DNA from: a virus
Taxonomy: Duplodnaviria > Caudoviricetes
Reading direction: 5' to 3' (one strand)
IMG/VR virus record: IMGVR_UViG_3300027749_000146
Coordinates: 1 to 52,433 of that record
Length of the DNA stretch: 52,433 nt
The notes under the pieces were generated by a model, which saw only the letters and a program-made list of their open reading frames with translations, was not told the origin of the DNA and ran no database searches. Positions 10,903-20,736 of the stretch are shown here, piece by piece. The translations under genes and the position numbers were made by a program. Each line of letters starts with the position of its first letter. The stretch's first letter is position 1.

Positions 10903-11723
10903 TATTGTGGGTTTACATATTCATACCATTTTATTGGAACATTAGTTCCCATCCTTTTTCCGTAAGTTGTACTATTTGTATTAATGTCTATTATTTCATA
11001 GTTCTGCGCGGCATAATCCAATTTGGTCTGATAATAAAAATATTGTTGATTATCAAAAGTAAATTTATCCCCACCATCACCATTGATTGTCGATTGTGGC
11101 ATATTCATTAATTTCGTGAATATTCCTTGCTTTGCATTATAAAATTTGGCGGACATATAAAATGTATCAATATCCAAAAATGTTCTTTTCTTTAACCAAT
11201 AAAAGAAAAATCCTTCTTTATCTCCAATATAATCCAAGATAAACTTTGGTTTTTTAATAGAGACAGTTGTTCTTTGCATTTGGGTAACCATTGTTAATCC
11301 TTGTTGCGTTGGAACTATTACTGTAAAATAATTAATCTGTTTCTTATTATCTGGTGAGTCATAAAAATCCAATTTAAAAAATGAATTCGTATAACTATTC
11401 GTATAATAATATACGTCTTGCGGCGTAAATCCTTCTCCAAGATAACTTATATTCCAATTCGTTTCATCATTCAATGATCCTCCCGAATAAAAATAAAATT
11501 CATAGTTAACTTCCGTGTTATTTGTTGTGGCTGTTGCCGGAGCATGTGCGAATCTTGAAACCTCAAAATCTCTATCAGGACCAATAACTTCAGTTATCAT
11601 CTGAGTTTCATATTCATCAATTGCCATATCTAAACCAAGATAGTCCCAAGAAAGTTGGACGGGTATGGTAATTGACTTATCTGTCAATCCATCTTGTTGT
11701 ATCACATATTTACTCACATCCAT
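10902..11723 (-). CDS. Hypothetical virion structural protein (273 aa)
   Basis: Aromatic-rich ORF overlapping both neighbours; family not recognised. Confidence 0.6.
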   Translation of the reverse strand: MDVSKYVIQQDGLTDKSITIPVQLSWDYLGLDMAIDEYETQMITEVIGPDRDFEVSRFAHAPATATTNNTEVNYEFYFYSGGSLNDETNWNISYLGEGFTPQDVYYYTNSYTNSFFKLDFYDSPDNKKQINYFTVIVPTQQGLTMVTQMQRTTVSIKKPKFILDYIGDKEGFFFYWLKKRTFLDIDTFYMSAKFYNAKQGIFTKLMNMPQSTINGDGGDKFTFDNQQYFYYQTKLDYAAQNYEIIDINTNSTTYGKRMGTNVPIKWYEYVNPQ

Positions 11724-13407
11724 CGATAATTGGTTTTGGTGTATAATTTATGGACAAGATCGCCTCATTGTAATTTGCCCCCTCAGGAATTAATCTAAAC
11801 ATAACATCCTTAAATGGATATTGCGCCCCGTTTAAATAAGGATAGTCAACACCTCTACCCAAGTTGTCAATAAACCCATAAGTATATAGATCCCTCCACC
11901 TAAATTGATTATCCGATTTTGAGTAATAAGAATAACTTGGTATACCATCAACTATCTGAGCATCTCCAGTTTCAATATAATCTGAGAATACTCGTATGGT
12001 CATCGGATTATGAGGAGCATAATAATATCCAGGAGAGTTCGTATCACTCTCAGATGTTGTTTGAAAAACATGCTGATTATATTTTATCTTCTGATAATAT
12101 GGTGAAACAACCCTTTCAACTTGGTAATAATCATTCCATTCACAGAAATCTCCATCAAGGGTATCTCCGACACTTAATACATTATTATAATAGAATGTCT
12201 TGGTAGCGCCATTTGTTAAGGTATATGAAGATGTGGTGATGGTTGTATTCGATTCTTGGTTGTTTAAATCCCACCAAGAATTTAATTTTTTGGACATATT
12301 AAATTGCCATCCTTGTTTTAATCCAACCCCATTATATGGTTGATTAAAGTATCCCGTATAACCCCGATTAATTATTGTTAAAAATAATTCGGTTAATGGT
12401 CGTTTCTGATTATCTTTTAAACCAATTAAATTCACATCATGTGCTGTCGTAACATCATAAGCATTACTACCAGTTTTTTGAGAAATCCTTGTAATCTGGT
12501 TTGGAGTTATCGAACTATATTCAATTTTTCTTTTTTCATTAAATACATTTTTCTCAAATGCTGCCTTAGTCATTAATAAGTCATCAACATTTGTTAAAAT
12601 CTTATGTCTTCTAACATAATACTTTGATCGAGTCTCCAACAAGTTATCAGGATTAACAACCCTTTTAAATGTTCCTGTTGTGCCAGGACTGAAAGTTGTT
12701 CCAGTATATCCAATATCAAAAACATTAAATGTATAAATATCACTACCAAATTGTCCATTACCCAAAGAAAACACCTGAAAAATATTTGAATTACGATAAG
12801 TTAACGAGAGTTCCACAGATTCTCCCGGTGTTAATCCGTGAGACGCAATACAATTAAACGCAATAAGACCATTACCGTCACTTGTTCCACCTGTAATTAC
12901 AAAAGGTATACCATCACTTGCAACCCATGTTATATTTGAAGAATTTGGTGAGACATAAGTTAAACTTTTTTGGTCGTCATTTTCAAATGCATAACTTAAA
13001 TAATAAGTCCAATTATAGGTGTACGCACTTTTTGATTTATAATCAATATGTTGATCATTGGTGTTTACCCTAAAAAAATCAAATTCATAAAATTGTGGAA
13101 ATCCTGTCCATTTAGTTGTCGTCATCGACACATCAGGTGTCGTATAATAAAGATTGTTCTGAAATGGGATATATGATGTGGTTCCAGTATAAGTGTTATC
13201 GTATAGATAAGTAATTTTAAATGTCGGTCTAAAAACAGTACCTGCCTGCCTTTCATCGTCATATACCTGAGCCAAGTTAATCGTAGAACTTCTATCGTAT
13301 TCAGTAATCTCTTGACTCTGAGATTCTAAAGAAACAGAAATTTTTTCGTCAATTGCCGGAGCTCCCTTATATTTTAGATTACTTGGTATTATTGTAATGT
13401 TACTCAT
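11710..13407 (-). CDS. Hypothetical virion structural protein (565 aa)
   Basis: Long ORF overlapping both neighbours; family not recognised. Confidence 0.6.
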   Translation of the reverse strand: MSNITIIPSNLKYKGAPAIDEKISVSLESQSQEITEYDRSSTINLAQVYDDERQAGTVFRPTFKITYLYDNTYTGTTSYIPFQNNLYYTTPDVSMTTTKWTGFPQFYEFDFFRVNTNDQHIDYKSKSAYTYNWTYYLSYAFENDDQKSLTYVSPNSSNITWVASDGIPFVITGGTSDGNGLIAFNCIASHGLTPGESVELSLTYRNSNIFQVFSLGNGQFGSDIYTFNVFDIGYTGTTFSPGTTGTFKRVVNPDNLLETRSKYYVRRHKILTNVDDLLMTKAAFEKNVFNEKRKIEYSSITPNQITRISQKTGSNAYDVTTAHDVNLIGLKDNQKRPLTELFLTIINRGYTGYFNQPYNGVGLKQGWQFNMSKKLNSWWDLNNQESNTTITTSSYTLTNGATKTFYYNNVLSVGDTLDGDFCEWNDYYQVERVVSPYYQKIKYNQHVFQTTSESDTNSPGYYYAPHNPMTIRVFSDYIETGDAQIVDGIPSYSYYSKSDNQFRWRDLYTYGFIDNLGRGVDYPYLNGAQYPFKDVMFRLIPEGANYNEAILSINYTPKPIIDGCE

Positions 13408-16400
13408 CTACCGAATATTTTGTTTTAAATTTATCTAAAGCCGATTTACCTTTATTAATCCCAAAATAGAACTGAAATGGTGCTCCCACAATAAACGATT
13501 TTCTAAGACCACCAGTCGAAATATAATTACCATTTGCGTCTATATTAAAGATATAACCACGAGCATTCAAATTATTAACACCCGAAGTTGAACTCCAAAA
13601 ATATGGTGTATCTGAACGACTTCTATCTAAAGACTGATAAGGAGTATTCTGAACAATATCACTTTCATTTGTCGCCCATGTATTCTTTTCATCGCCAAAA
13701 ATGGTATTTTGATTGTTTAATTTCCATTTATAAAATGGAACCACCTGTGATTTAATACCATATGGATAAGGATAAAATCCAACATTATTAACCCCTCTAA
13801 AATCAATAACTCCAGGTGTAAGGTAATCTTTAAATTGTAAATCTTGAGTTGTTGATGAAAACCATACCTCCATAATAGGACTACTTGAAGTTCCCCCTAT
13901 AGTCATTGGTGGACCTTGAACACTTTGATAAAACTCTTGTGAGAAATTCACATTTCCCATTTCAGAATTTATTGATGTCAGTTGAGCAAAATCACCATCA
14001 ACACGTAAATCCGCTCTTGAGAATAAAGCATTTATTGACCCACTACCAAGACCTGTTAGTTTACTTAAGAAACTTGATGTCGTCATTCTACTAATTGCAA
14101 AAAAGTTTACAAGATCCGAATTATCCGCATAACTTGACGAAGTTAAATTAGGTATGAGATAACTTTTTGTTGCCGGATCAAATGTGATTTCAGAATAAAA
14201 ATAATCTTTCATTCCCAAATTAATCATAGTTGTTGGAAACATTAAATTCACATCATTAACTGCGGACTCATTTGCGGTTCTGACACCAACAAATTTATTC
14301 GATGAATCATTATATGGAGTACTCCTATAATAGAAATTATTTGTTTTTTCATCGAAGTATGTGGTATCAGTACAATATCCCCCAATGGTTGCTTGATTTT
14401 TAGAATTATATCTAGTATTGACTTGAATTGGAAATGCGAATAACGACCCATTTATCCAATTGTTTGTAAAAGTTTGTGACAAAACTCCTCGACACAACCC
14501 ATAAGTAAACCGATATCTTGACGCCCATTCTTCAAAAGCTTTAATATCTTTACCATTAATTAAATCGATAAATGGTACTCTCACAAAAACATAACATCCT
14601 TTTTGAACTGAATCAGTTTCAGCACATGTTTGATTTACATGAAAAGTATCCCCCCATCCCTGATAACATTTAAATTGCGTCATACCTGTACAACTAAAAG
14701 TTTCTCCCACTGTAAGAGAGTTTGGTAATCCTTCAATATCTGGAGATACCTGTTGGGCACCTGTCGTAAATCCCACAGATGTCGGTTCAATTCCAGCATC
14801 TGGAATAACATAAAATTCAAAATTATTATTTTGTTGTAATAAAGCAGGATTGATACTCCAACTTCCACCATCTAATTTATCCGAAGATGGAAGTCTATCC
14901 GTTCTCATCACATTCAATCCTTTGTTTGATGAAGTAAAAGTCATTGGAGTTTGATTGAACACATCGTAAAAAGTTCTTGTACTATATCTATACTCCCAAC
15001 AACTATAATCTTGGCATCCTCCTACAATAGATTGTCCAATGGTCGCACTTCTTTTGTATGCCCACATAACCGCAAGACCAGATAAATCTTGAAATAATGG
15101 TGGCGTATTCATATATTTACTACTTTCAAGTCCACCCGCGACACCTGTTAACATATCATTCCTTTGTGTTCTTACACCAATTGTACTATATAAAGTTTCT
15201 GTGAGAAGATGACCCCCATCTATTTGATTATAATTAGTATTGTCAAGTGCCCCATAATACCCAACAGTACTTGAGGTAAACGCACTAAACTCAGTTCCTG
15301 GTGTGAAAAATTTAGATTGATAAAACATATCCGTTTGTACATTAAATGCACCAATTGATGATGTGGCAGATGCCACTTGGATAGGTATATTTGTTCTTGT
15401 ATTTCCTGTAACTATAAATTTAGGGTCATCAATTGTACTACCAAAAATAACGCCTAACCCATACTTATTCACATACTTTGGAGAATAGGGGTCAACCCCT
15501 CTCTGTAAGATTAAAATATATTGATCACCAATATCATTATAATAATCTATTGGTCTAACTGTTAATGTATCATTTTTTTGATAACCACCCCCAGCAACAG
15601 TAGATCTTGGTCTCATGGTCTGAACAGTAGTCTCTCCTGTTAAAATATTAGGAAAACAATATGTATTTGTTGACGAAGAAGAAATATTCCAAATTTTTAC
15701 CGCGTCTGACATTGTTATTGCAGTTATAACTTGAAAATATTCTCTATCCATTGGATAGTCTTGTCTATTTATTGTAGTTCCAGTTGGTAAATTATAGAGT
15801 TGAGACACATTTATAAGTTCACTTCCTGAATTAGGAGACGCATAATTCACTGTTAAATTGAATGCCGATGACTGTGTTGTTCCCGTTATTCCTCGTACAA
15901 TACCATTATTTGTTTGTGCAGTATACAAGAAATTAGTATCCGTAGAAGAATAAGGACTAACAGTTGTTAATAAATCACCAGCCTGATATGCGGCAATCGA
16001 TAAAACTGTCGTAGTATTATCAAAATGATAATTTGTACTACTATTATTATAGTCAGATGAAAATGTTACTTTAATTTTATTAGTACCATAGAAATAAGAA
16101 AATCTTGAATTAAATATATTAATTCTTTCTCCAATTGGTAAATCATTCGTTAACCCCCAATGTGCACGACCAATACTCGGGATCGTATATGCATTTGATT
16201 TTGGAACTTTATATATTGCAGGATTTTTAACTTGTATATTATTACCAGAAAGTACTTCAGTATACATTACTGTTTCAACGGAAATGTCCTCTTCAGATTT
16301 TTTTAATGTTACCGCATTATCATAAAGATATTGTGAAAAATTTTCATAATAAGATCCAGGACTTGATAAATAAGAAAGTGTCCCACTTGTTGTTCCAGCA

Positions 16401-18217
16401 ATTGGTTGTGAAGTAAGTGTTGTTGCTTCACAGTCACAAGCGTCACAATCAGGATAAGTAATCATCGGCATTCTTATCTGAAATCTTTTATAATTACAAA
16501 TATCAAATCCAAAAATACCACTTAAAATACTACAAATAAACCCAAAAGGTTTAACATTAATAATTGGAATTTTAATATTACAAATAAAACAAATTGCCGA
16601 AGTAAAAAGAACCCATAACGCTAATAATAAATGAATCGTAAATAGGAGCCCAATACCAATTACTTGAAAAACTTGTAATAATAAAGAAACAATAAAGAAA
16701 AGCCAATCAAAGTTTTTAAACCCATCATTAACCGGAAATTTATTAATTGTTGCAACACAACTATTATTATCAATTTCTTTAATTCCAACAAATTTACCTC
16801 TAGTCCCTTTTTTATATTCATCAATAAGTGAAGAGACAGTATAAACTTTATTAAATTTAAATTCATAAAAAGTATCATCAGCATTTATCATTTCATTTAA
16901 TCTATCAATCTTTTCAGATCCAATAAACCCATCAGTATATCCACTCCACGCTAACCCAAAATAATATGAACTTGATAATCTGTTTCTTCTATTTTGGTCT
17001 AATGATCCCAATGGTGTGTCTCTTCTTGCCGATCCAGTCCATCCATGCTCTTTAATATTTGGAACCAAATAATATGCTCGCCTTGTTGGTAAGGCAATAT
17101 CATTAGGTTGTTGCCATTTCACCTTAAACCGATATTTTCCTTTTGTTGGTATTCCTATTGCAGGATTATTTGAAAGTACTGTTTCACCAAATTGATTAGT
17201 CACTAAATAATCTAAATTCATCGGCATCTCCGTAATCCAAGTACCATCACCATCAATTATATTTCCCGCCTGTTCTAACTGATATTCTTCCAACACCGGA
17301 TTACCTTCACTATCTTGGTCAGCTGTTTGTCTAATCGCCAAAATTTGTCCAGGACCTGTAATTAATCCACACATGTCACCCAAATTATCTTTTGGCTTAC
17401 AATTTTTTCTAACCCTCATTTGTTGTGAAGAAGAATATAATGACCCCATGAATACTGAGGTTGGTTCAATATTAATATTAGAACTATCTCTTAAGTCAAA
17501 ATCAGTTCTGCTAATTGCAATTTGACAAATATCAGGATCTCCCCATAAGGGAGAAACTTCAATACTTTTTGTTAATGAAACTATCTGTGGTAAAGAATTT
17601 AAATCAGTTGATGTCCTGAATTTATTTCCAGCAACTTGGGCTGGTGTGGCTAATCCCATTCTAATCAAATCCTGAGGAGTAAGGGAAAACTCTCCAATAT
17701 CTGAAAGGTCAACATCCATGAATACTGTTTGATTACCCAATGGAGCCCCCATAATCATATAATCACCACTATCATTTGTCTTGGTGGTAAATCTATAATA
17801 TTTGTCATAGATTTCAACGGCAGTAAGTCCTGTTAAAGCATCAATTCTAGATGGTAATGTTCCTGTTGCTGCGTGTTTAGAGTATGATTTTTCGTAAGGT
17901 AATAGATTATACCTATACCCATCTTCATTCTTATCAGCAGGAGATTTATAAGGATAGATACTTGATATAATAGGATTTGATTGGTCAACACTATCAATTG
18001 GAATAAAGACAGACACTCTGGCGTTTGGTAAACCGAATCCACCATTTGCTGTCACCCTTCCAACTATAACACCATAATCAGCACAACTCCTAGAATAGAT
18101 ATCACTTTGTTGAATCTTTAAAGATAATATCTCCAAAAACTCAAAATCTTGGTCTAGTTGGACATTGATTGTTTTGTTTGTCCCAAGTTCTGTTCTTATT
18201 CTATATGATTGACCCAT
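13400..18217 (-). CDS. Large baseplate-region protein (1605 aa) with an N-terminal prealbumin/carboxypeptidase-regulatory-like beta domain and an internal hydrophobic Cys-rich segment
   Basis: GVIVGRVTANGGFGLPNARVSV...TTKTNDSGDY motif; roughly 70-aa hydrophobic stretch at about 16490-16710; follows the gp6-like gene. Confidence 0.6.
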   Translation of the reverse strand: MGQSYRIRTELGTNKTINVQLDQDFEFLEILSLKIQQSDIYSRSCADYGVIVGRVTANGGFGLPNARVSVFIPIDSVDQSNPIISSIYPYKSPADKNEDGYRYNLLPYEKSYSKHAATGTLPSRIDALTGLTAVEIYDKYYRFTTKTNDSGDYMIMGAPLGNQTVFMDVDLSDIGEFSLTPQDLIRMGLATPAQVAGNKFRTSTDLNSLPQIVSLTKSIEVSPLWGDPDICQIAISRTDFDLRDSSNINIEPTSVFMGSLYSSSQQMRVRKNCKPKDNLGDMCGLITGPGQILAIRQTADQDSEGNPVLEEYQLEQAGNIIDGDGTWITEMPMNLDYLVTNQFGETVLSNNPAIGIPTKGKYRFKVKWQQPNDIALPTRRAYYLVPNIKEHGWTGSARRDTPLGSLDQNRRNRLSSSYYFGLAWSGYTDGFIGSEKIDRLNEMINADDTFYEFKFNKVYTVSSLIDEYKKGTRGKFVGIKEIDNNSCVATINKFPVNDGFKNFDWLFFIVSLLLQVFQVIGIGLLFTIHLLLALWVLFTSAICFICNIKIPIINVKPFGFICSILSGIFGFDICNYKRFQIRMPMITYPDCDACDCEATTLTSQPIAGTTSGTLSYLSSPGSYYENFSQYLYDNAVTLKKSEEDISVETVMYTEVLSGNNIQVKNPAIYKVPKSNAYTIPSIGRAHWGLTNDLPIGERINIFNSRFSYFYGTNKIKVTFSSDYNNSSTNYHFDNTTTVLSIAAYQAGDLLTTVSPYSSTDTNFLYTAQTNNGIVRGITGTTQSSAFNLTVNYASPNSGSELINVSQLYNLPTGTTINRQDYPMDREYFQVITAITMSDAVKIWNISSSSTNTYCFPNILTGETTVQTMRPRSTVAGGGYQKNDTLTVRPIDYYNDIGDQYILILQRGVDPYSPKYVNKYGLGVIFGSTIDDPKFIVTGNTRTNIPIQVASATSSIGAFNVQTDMFYQSKFFTPGTEFSAFTSSTVGYYGALDNTNYNQIDGGHLLTETLYSTIGVRTQRNDMLTGVAGGLESSKYMNTPPLFQDLSGLAVMWAYKRSATIGQSIVGGCQDYSCWEYRYSTRTFYDVFNQTPMTFTSSNKGLNVMRTDRLPSSDKLDGGSWSINPALLQQNNNFEFYVIPDAGIEPTSVGFTTGAQQVSPDIEGLPNSLTVGETFSCTGMTQFKCYQGWGDTFHVNQTCAETDSVQKGCYVFVRVPFIDLINGKDIKAFEEWASRYRFTYGLCRGVLSQTFTNNWINGSLFAFPIQVNTRYNSKNQATIGGYCTDTTYFDEKTNNFYYRSTPYNDSSNKFVGVRTANESAVNDVNLMFPTTMINLGMKDYFYSEITFDPATKSYLIPNLTSSSYADNSDLVNFFAISRMTTSSFLSKLTGLGSGSINALFSRADLRVDGDFAQLTSINSEMGNVNFSQEFYQSVQGPPMTIGGTSSSPIMEVWFSSTTQDLQFKDYLTPGVIDFRGVNNVGFYPYPYGIKSQVVPFYKWKLNNQNTIFGDEKNTWATNESDIVQNTPYQSLDRSRSDTPYFWSSTSGVNNLNARGYIFNIDANGNYISTGGLRKSFIVGAPFQFYFGINKGKSALDKFKTKYSVDE

Positions 18218-18311
18218 GAATCGCTTTAATTTATAAATACTTTATGTGTAATTTTTAAAGACAAAAACACACCTTATAAATTATAATCTAAATGGTCAAG
18301 AAATAAACTTG

Positions 18312-20150
18312 TTAGGAGAAAGTAACTGATTGGAAATTTTTGACTAAGACTTTGATGTCTTTATTAGGATATCTTATCTGATACACTTGAGATGGTTGCG
18401 CAAATATTGTATCATCAACAGGAAGTATTTGTTTAGTTTCAGGGTCTGAATATACCATAGAAGTTTCTTCTGAAGAATATTGTCCTCCGACATTATTAAA
18501 CACATTTAACGACGCCACAGTTAAAACTCCATTTTGATTTTGAACAATACTTCTTATCTCAGATAGATAAACATTTTGTCCAAGTTGTCTCACTTGTGGG
18601 TTAAAATAGGTAGAAATCTTGTCAACAACATTTGAAATAACTTGTCCTGAATTTTGAGCAGAATCTAAAACAATAGAAACCTCAACACTTAGATCAATAA
18701 CTGCAGCAGTTAAAATTGAAATATAATCATTTATCATTCTATAGTTAGAAAGATATGTTGCAACATTTTGTCTTAAAGTATCTGACACAATACTTGTTAG
18801 TTTACCTGATGTATCATAAGACAATAACTGAATTAAAATCTTATTGTTATTTTCAGTAATAGATACTTTGGCTGGCGCTCCAAATTCTGATGGCATATTT
18901 CTTATGATTGACTCATAATCCTGAACGGTAACTGCTCTCTTTTGTGCTGAGAAGTTAAAAGAAACATAATTCCTTATTTCTTCTAATGAAGGAATTCCTG
19001 CTCCACCAATTGCAGCAGTAACATTATTACATCTAAGAGAGTTAACCACAGATGAATTAGTTAATTCCGAAGGACCATTAACAAAGAATGTTACAGTACC
19101 TATTTGATTAATAACATTAGTCCCTAAATTACTACCTAATCCTCCGCCAACTCTATATTGAACAAACAATGTTGAGTTCGGAGTTAATGCAGATCCAAGT
19201 GATAAATTGTTTGAATATCTTTGTAAATCAATTGTCGCCCCTAAAGTCGTGAATTGATTTAATTGGTCTTGTGCTGTATTAGTCCCACCACCAAAAGTTA
19301 ACTTTTTAAATCCTTCAGGCGTAAATTCACTTATAAATCTGTTCTGAGTCTGTATATACTTACCAACCTTTATTCCCGGTTGATCTGAAACTTTAGTTGG
19401 GTCCTCAATGAAAACTCTATCTTCTGCTAAAGCATCCACTTCATACCATTTATTTTGAACCCCTAAAAATTCTGCAGTGCTTGGAATGTTGGTGTACTCT
19501 GTACCATTTTTTAATAATGTACTTGTAATCCCCAAGACATTTTTCTCAGGTAAAAATAATTCAAAAAATGGCTTAACATCATTAGGAGTAATTACTCTCT
19601 TGAATACTTTTGTAACACCATTAACAACTAATTCTCTTTTAGTTATAGTATAATTAACTAAGACATTATTAGCATTAAAGTTTGGAATTTTTAATCTATT
19701 TGGATATCCTTGAGCATTATATGGTGATGCAAAGTTAACATCATAAATGTTTTCGAAAACAATACCAGCGCCACTAACTTGTGATCCTCTAGTTAATATC
19801 CCCAAATATCTCTCATCCTCTTTATCTCCGAATGCAGGAACTGTGATTGAGAAGTCCACTAAAGCAACCGAAGGTCTTTGTCCCGGTAATTTTAACCCGT
19901 AGGTTCTGGCGATATTATATATTGAGGATCTCTGTTGAGCGTATTGTAAAACAGTCTCTTGAATACTCCTGTCAATATGATAATGTAAATTGTCCGCAAC
20001 TGCCGCGTTTAAATCTAAAAACACAGAAAAAACAGACGCATCATTAAAGTCTTGAATTAATTCAGGATAATACGTTCTTACGTAATTCAATAATTCAGTT
20101 CTTATTGCCTGATAATCTCGGGTTGTATAGGATATTGTACGATTTGCCAT
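18312..20150 (-). CDS. Baseplate wedge subunit, T4 gp6 / gpJ-like
   Basis: RDYQAIRTELLNY...AQQRSSIYNIARTYG...QYRVGGG...AQKRAVTVQDY; adjacent to the gp25-like gene. Confidence 0.85.
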   Translation of the reverse strand: MANRTISYTTRDYQAIRTELLNYVRTYYPELIQDFNDASVFSVFLDLNAAVADNLHYHIDRSIQETVLQYAQQRSSIYNIARTYGLKLPGQRPSVALVDFSITVPAFGDKEDERYLGILTRGSQVSGAGIVFENIYDVNFASPYNAQGYPNRLKIPNFNANNVLVNYTITKRELVVNGVTKVFKRVITPNDVKPFFELFLPEKNVLGITSTLLKNGTEYTNIPSTAEFLGVQNKWYEVDALAEDRVFIEDPTKVSDQPGIKVGKYIQTQNRFISEFTPEGFKKLTFGGGTNTAQDQLNQFTTLGATIDLQRYSNNLSLGSALTPNSTLFVQYRVGGGLGSNLGTNVINQIGTVTFFVNGPSELTNSSVVNSLRCNNVTAAIGGAGIPSLEEIRNYVSFNFSAQKRAVTVQDYESIIRNMPSEFGAPAKVSITENNNKILIQLLSYDTSGKLTSIVSDTLRQNVATYLSNYRMINDYISILTAAVIDLSVEVSIVLDSAQNSGQVISNVVDKISTYFNPQVRQLGQNVYLSEIRSIVQNQNGVLTVASLNVFNNVGGQYSSEETSMVYSDPETKQILPVDDTIFAQPSQVYQIRYPNKDIKVLVKNFQSVTFS

Positions 20151-20155
20151 TTATA

Positions 20156-20626
20156 TTAAATATTGATAATTATAAAATCACTTTGTGAAAAAGTACTTTT
20201 ATTTGTTGCGTAATCGATTCTTACTTTTGCGGTGTATTCAGCAGTTCCTTTTCCGGGAAGTCTATACACTGACGATTCACTAGATCCTGCAGTATTAAGT
20301 CCTTGTGCAATATCAACCTCTTCCATCGGATCAGCAGGATATATTGTAATCTGATTCAGTAATAAGTTTGGCATAAATGTCGCAACTGCGTCACGAATAT
20401 CTGATTCAATTGCACTAAAGGTCAATCCATCAAATGGTTCAAATATAAATTCATACAATCTTGTACCAAAATTTGGTAAAAAATATCTGGATCCTTTTCT
20501 AGTTAATAAAAGATGAATTAAGTCCGCTCTTACTTCCTGCGACTCTAATTCAGTCAGTTCTAAATAGTCCCCCTGTGATGAATTCCTAAAAGGAAAGTTT
20601 AACCCATATGTAATCCCATCTGCCAT
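20156..20626 (-). CDS. Baseplate wedge / sheath initiator, T4 gp25-like
   Basis: LIHLLLTRKGSRYFLPNFGTRLYEFIFEP is the gp25/GPW signature. Confidence 0.9.
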   Translation of the reverse strand: MADGITYGLNFPFRNSSQGDYLELTELESQEVRADLIHLLLTRKGSRYFLPNFGTRLYEFIFEPFDGLTFSAIESDIRDAVATFMPNLLLNQITIYPADPMEEVDIAQGLNTAGSSESSVYRLPGKGTAEYTAKVRIDYATNKSTFSQSDFIIINI

Positions 20627-20684
20627 ATCAAATAAATATACTTTGTTTATTTTTTTGTTGTAGTTCTATTTTGTAGATAAAAAC

Positions 20685-20716
20685 AAAAAAAAGGGAAAGT
20701 TATTACTTCCCCTTTT
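20685..20716 (-). terminator. Intrinsic terminator after nrdJ
   Basis: Minus strand AAGGGGAAGT-AATA-ACTTTCCCTT followed by a T run. Confidence 0.8.
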
Positions 20717-20736
20717 CTTTTTTCTCAAATTAAAAT

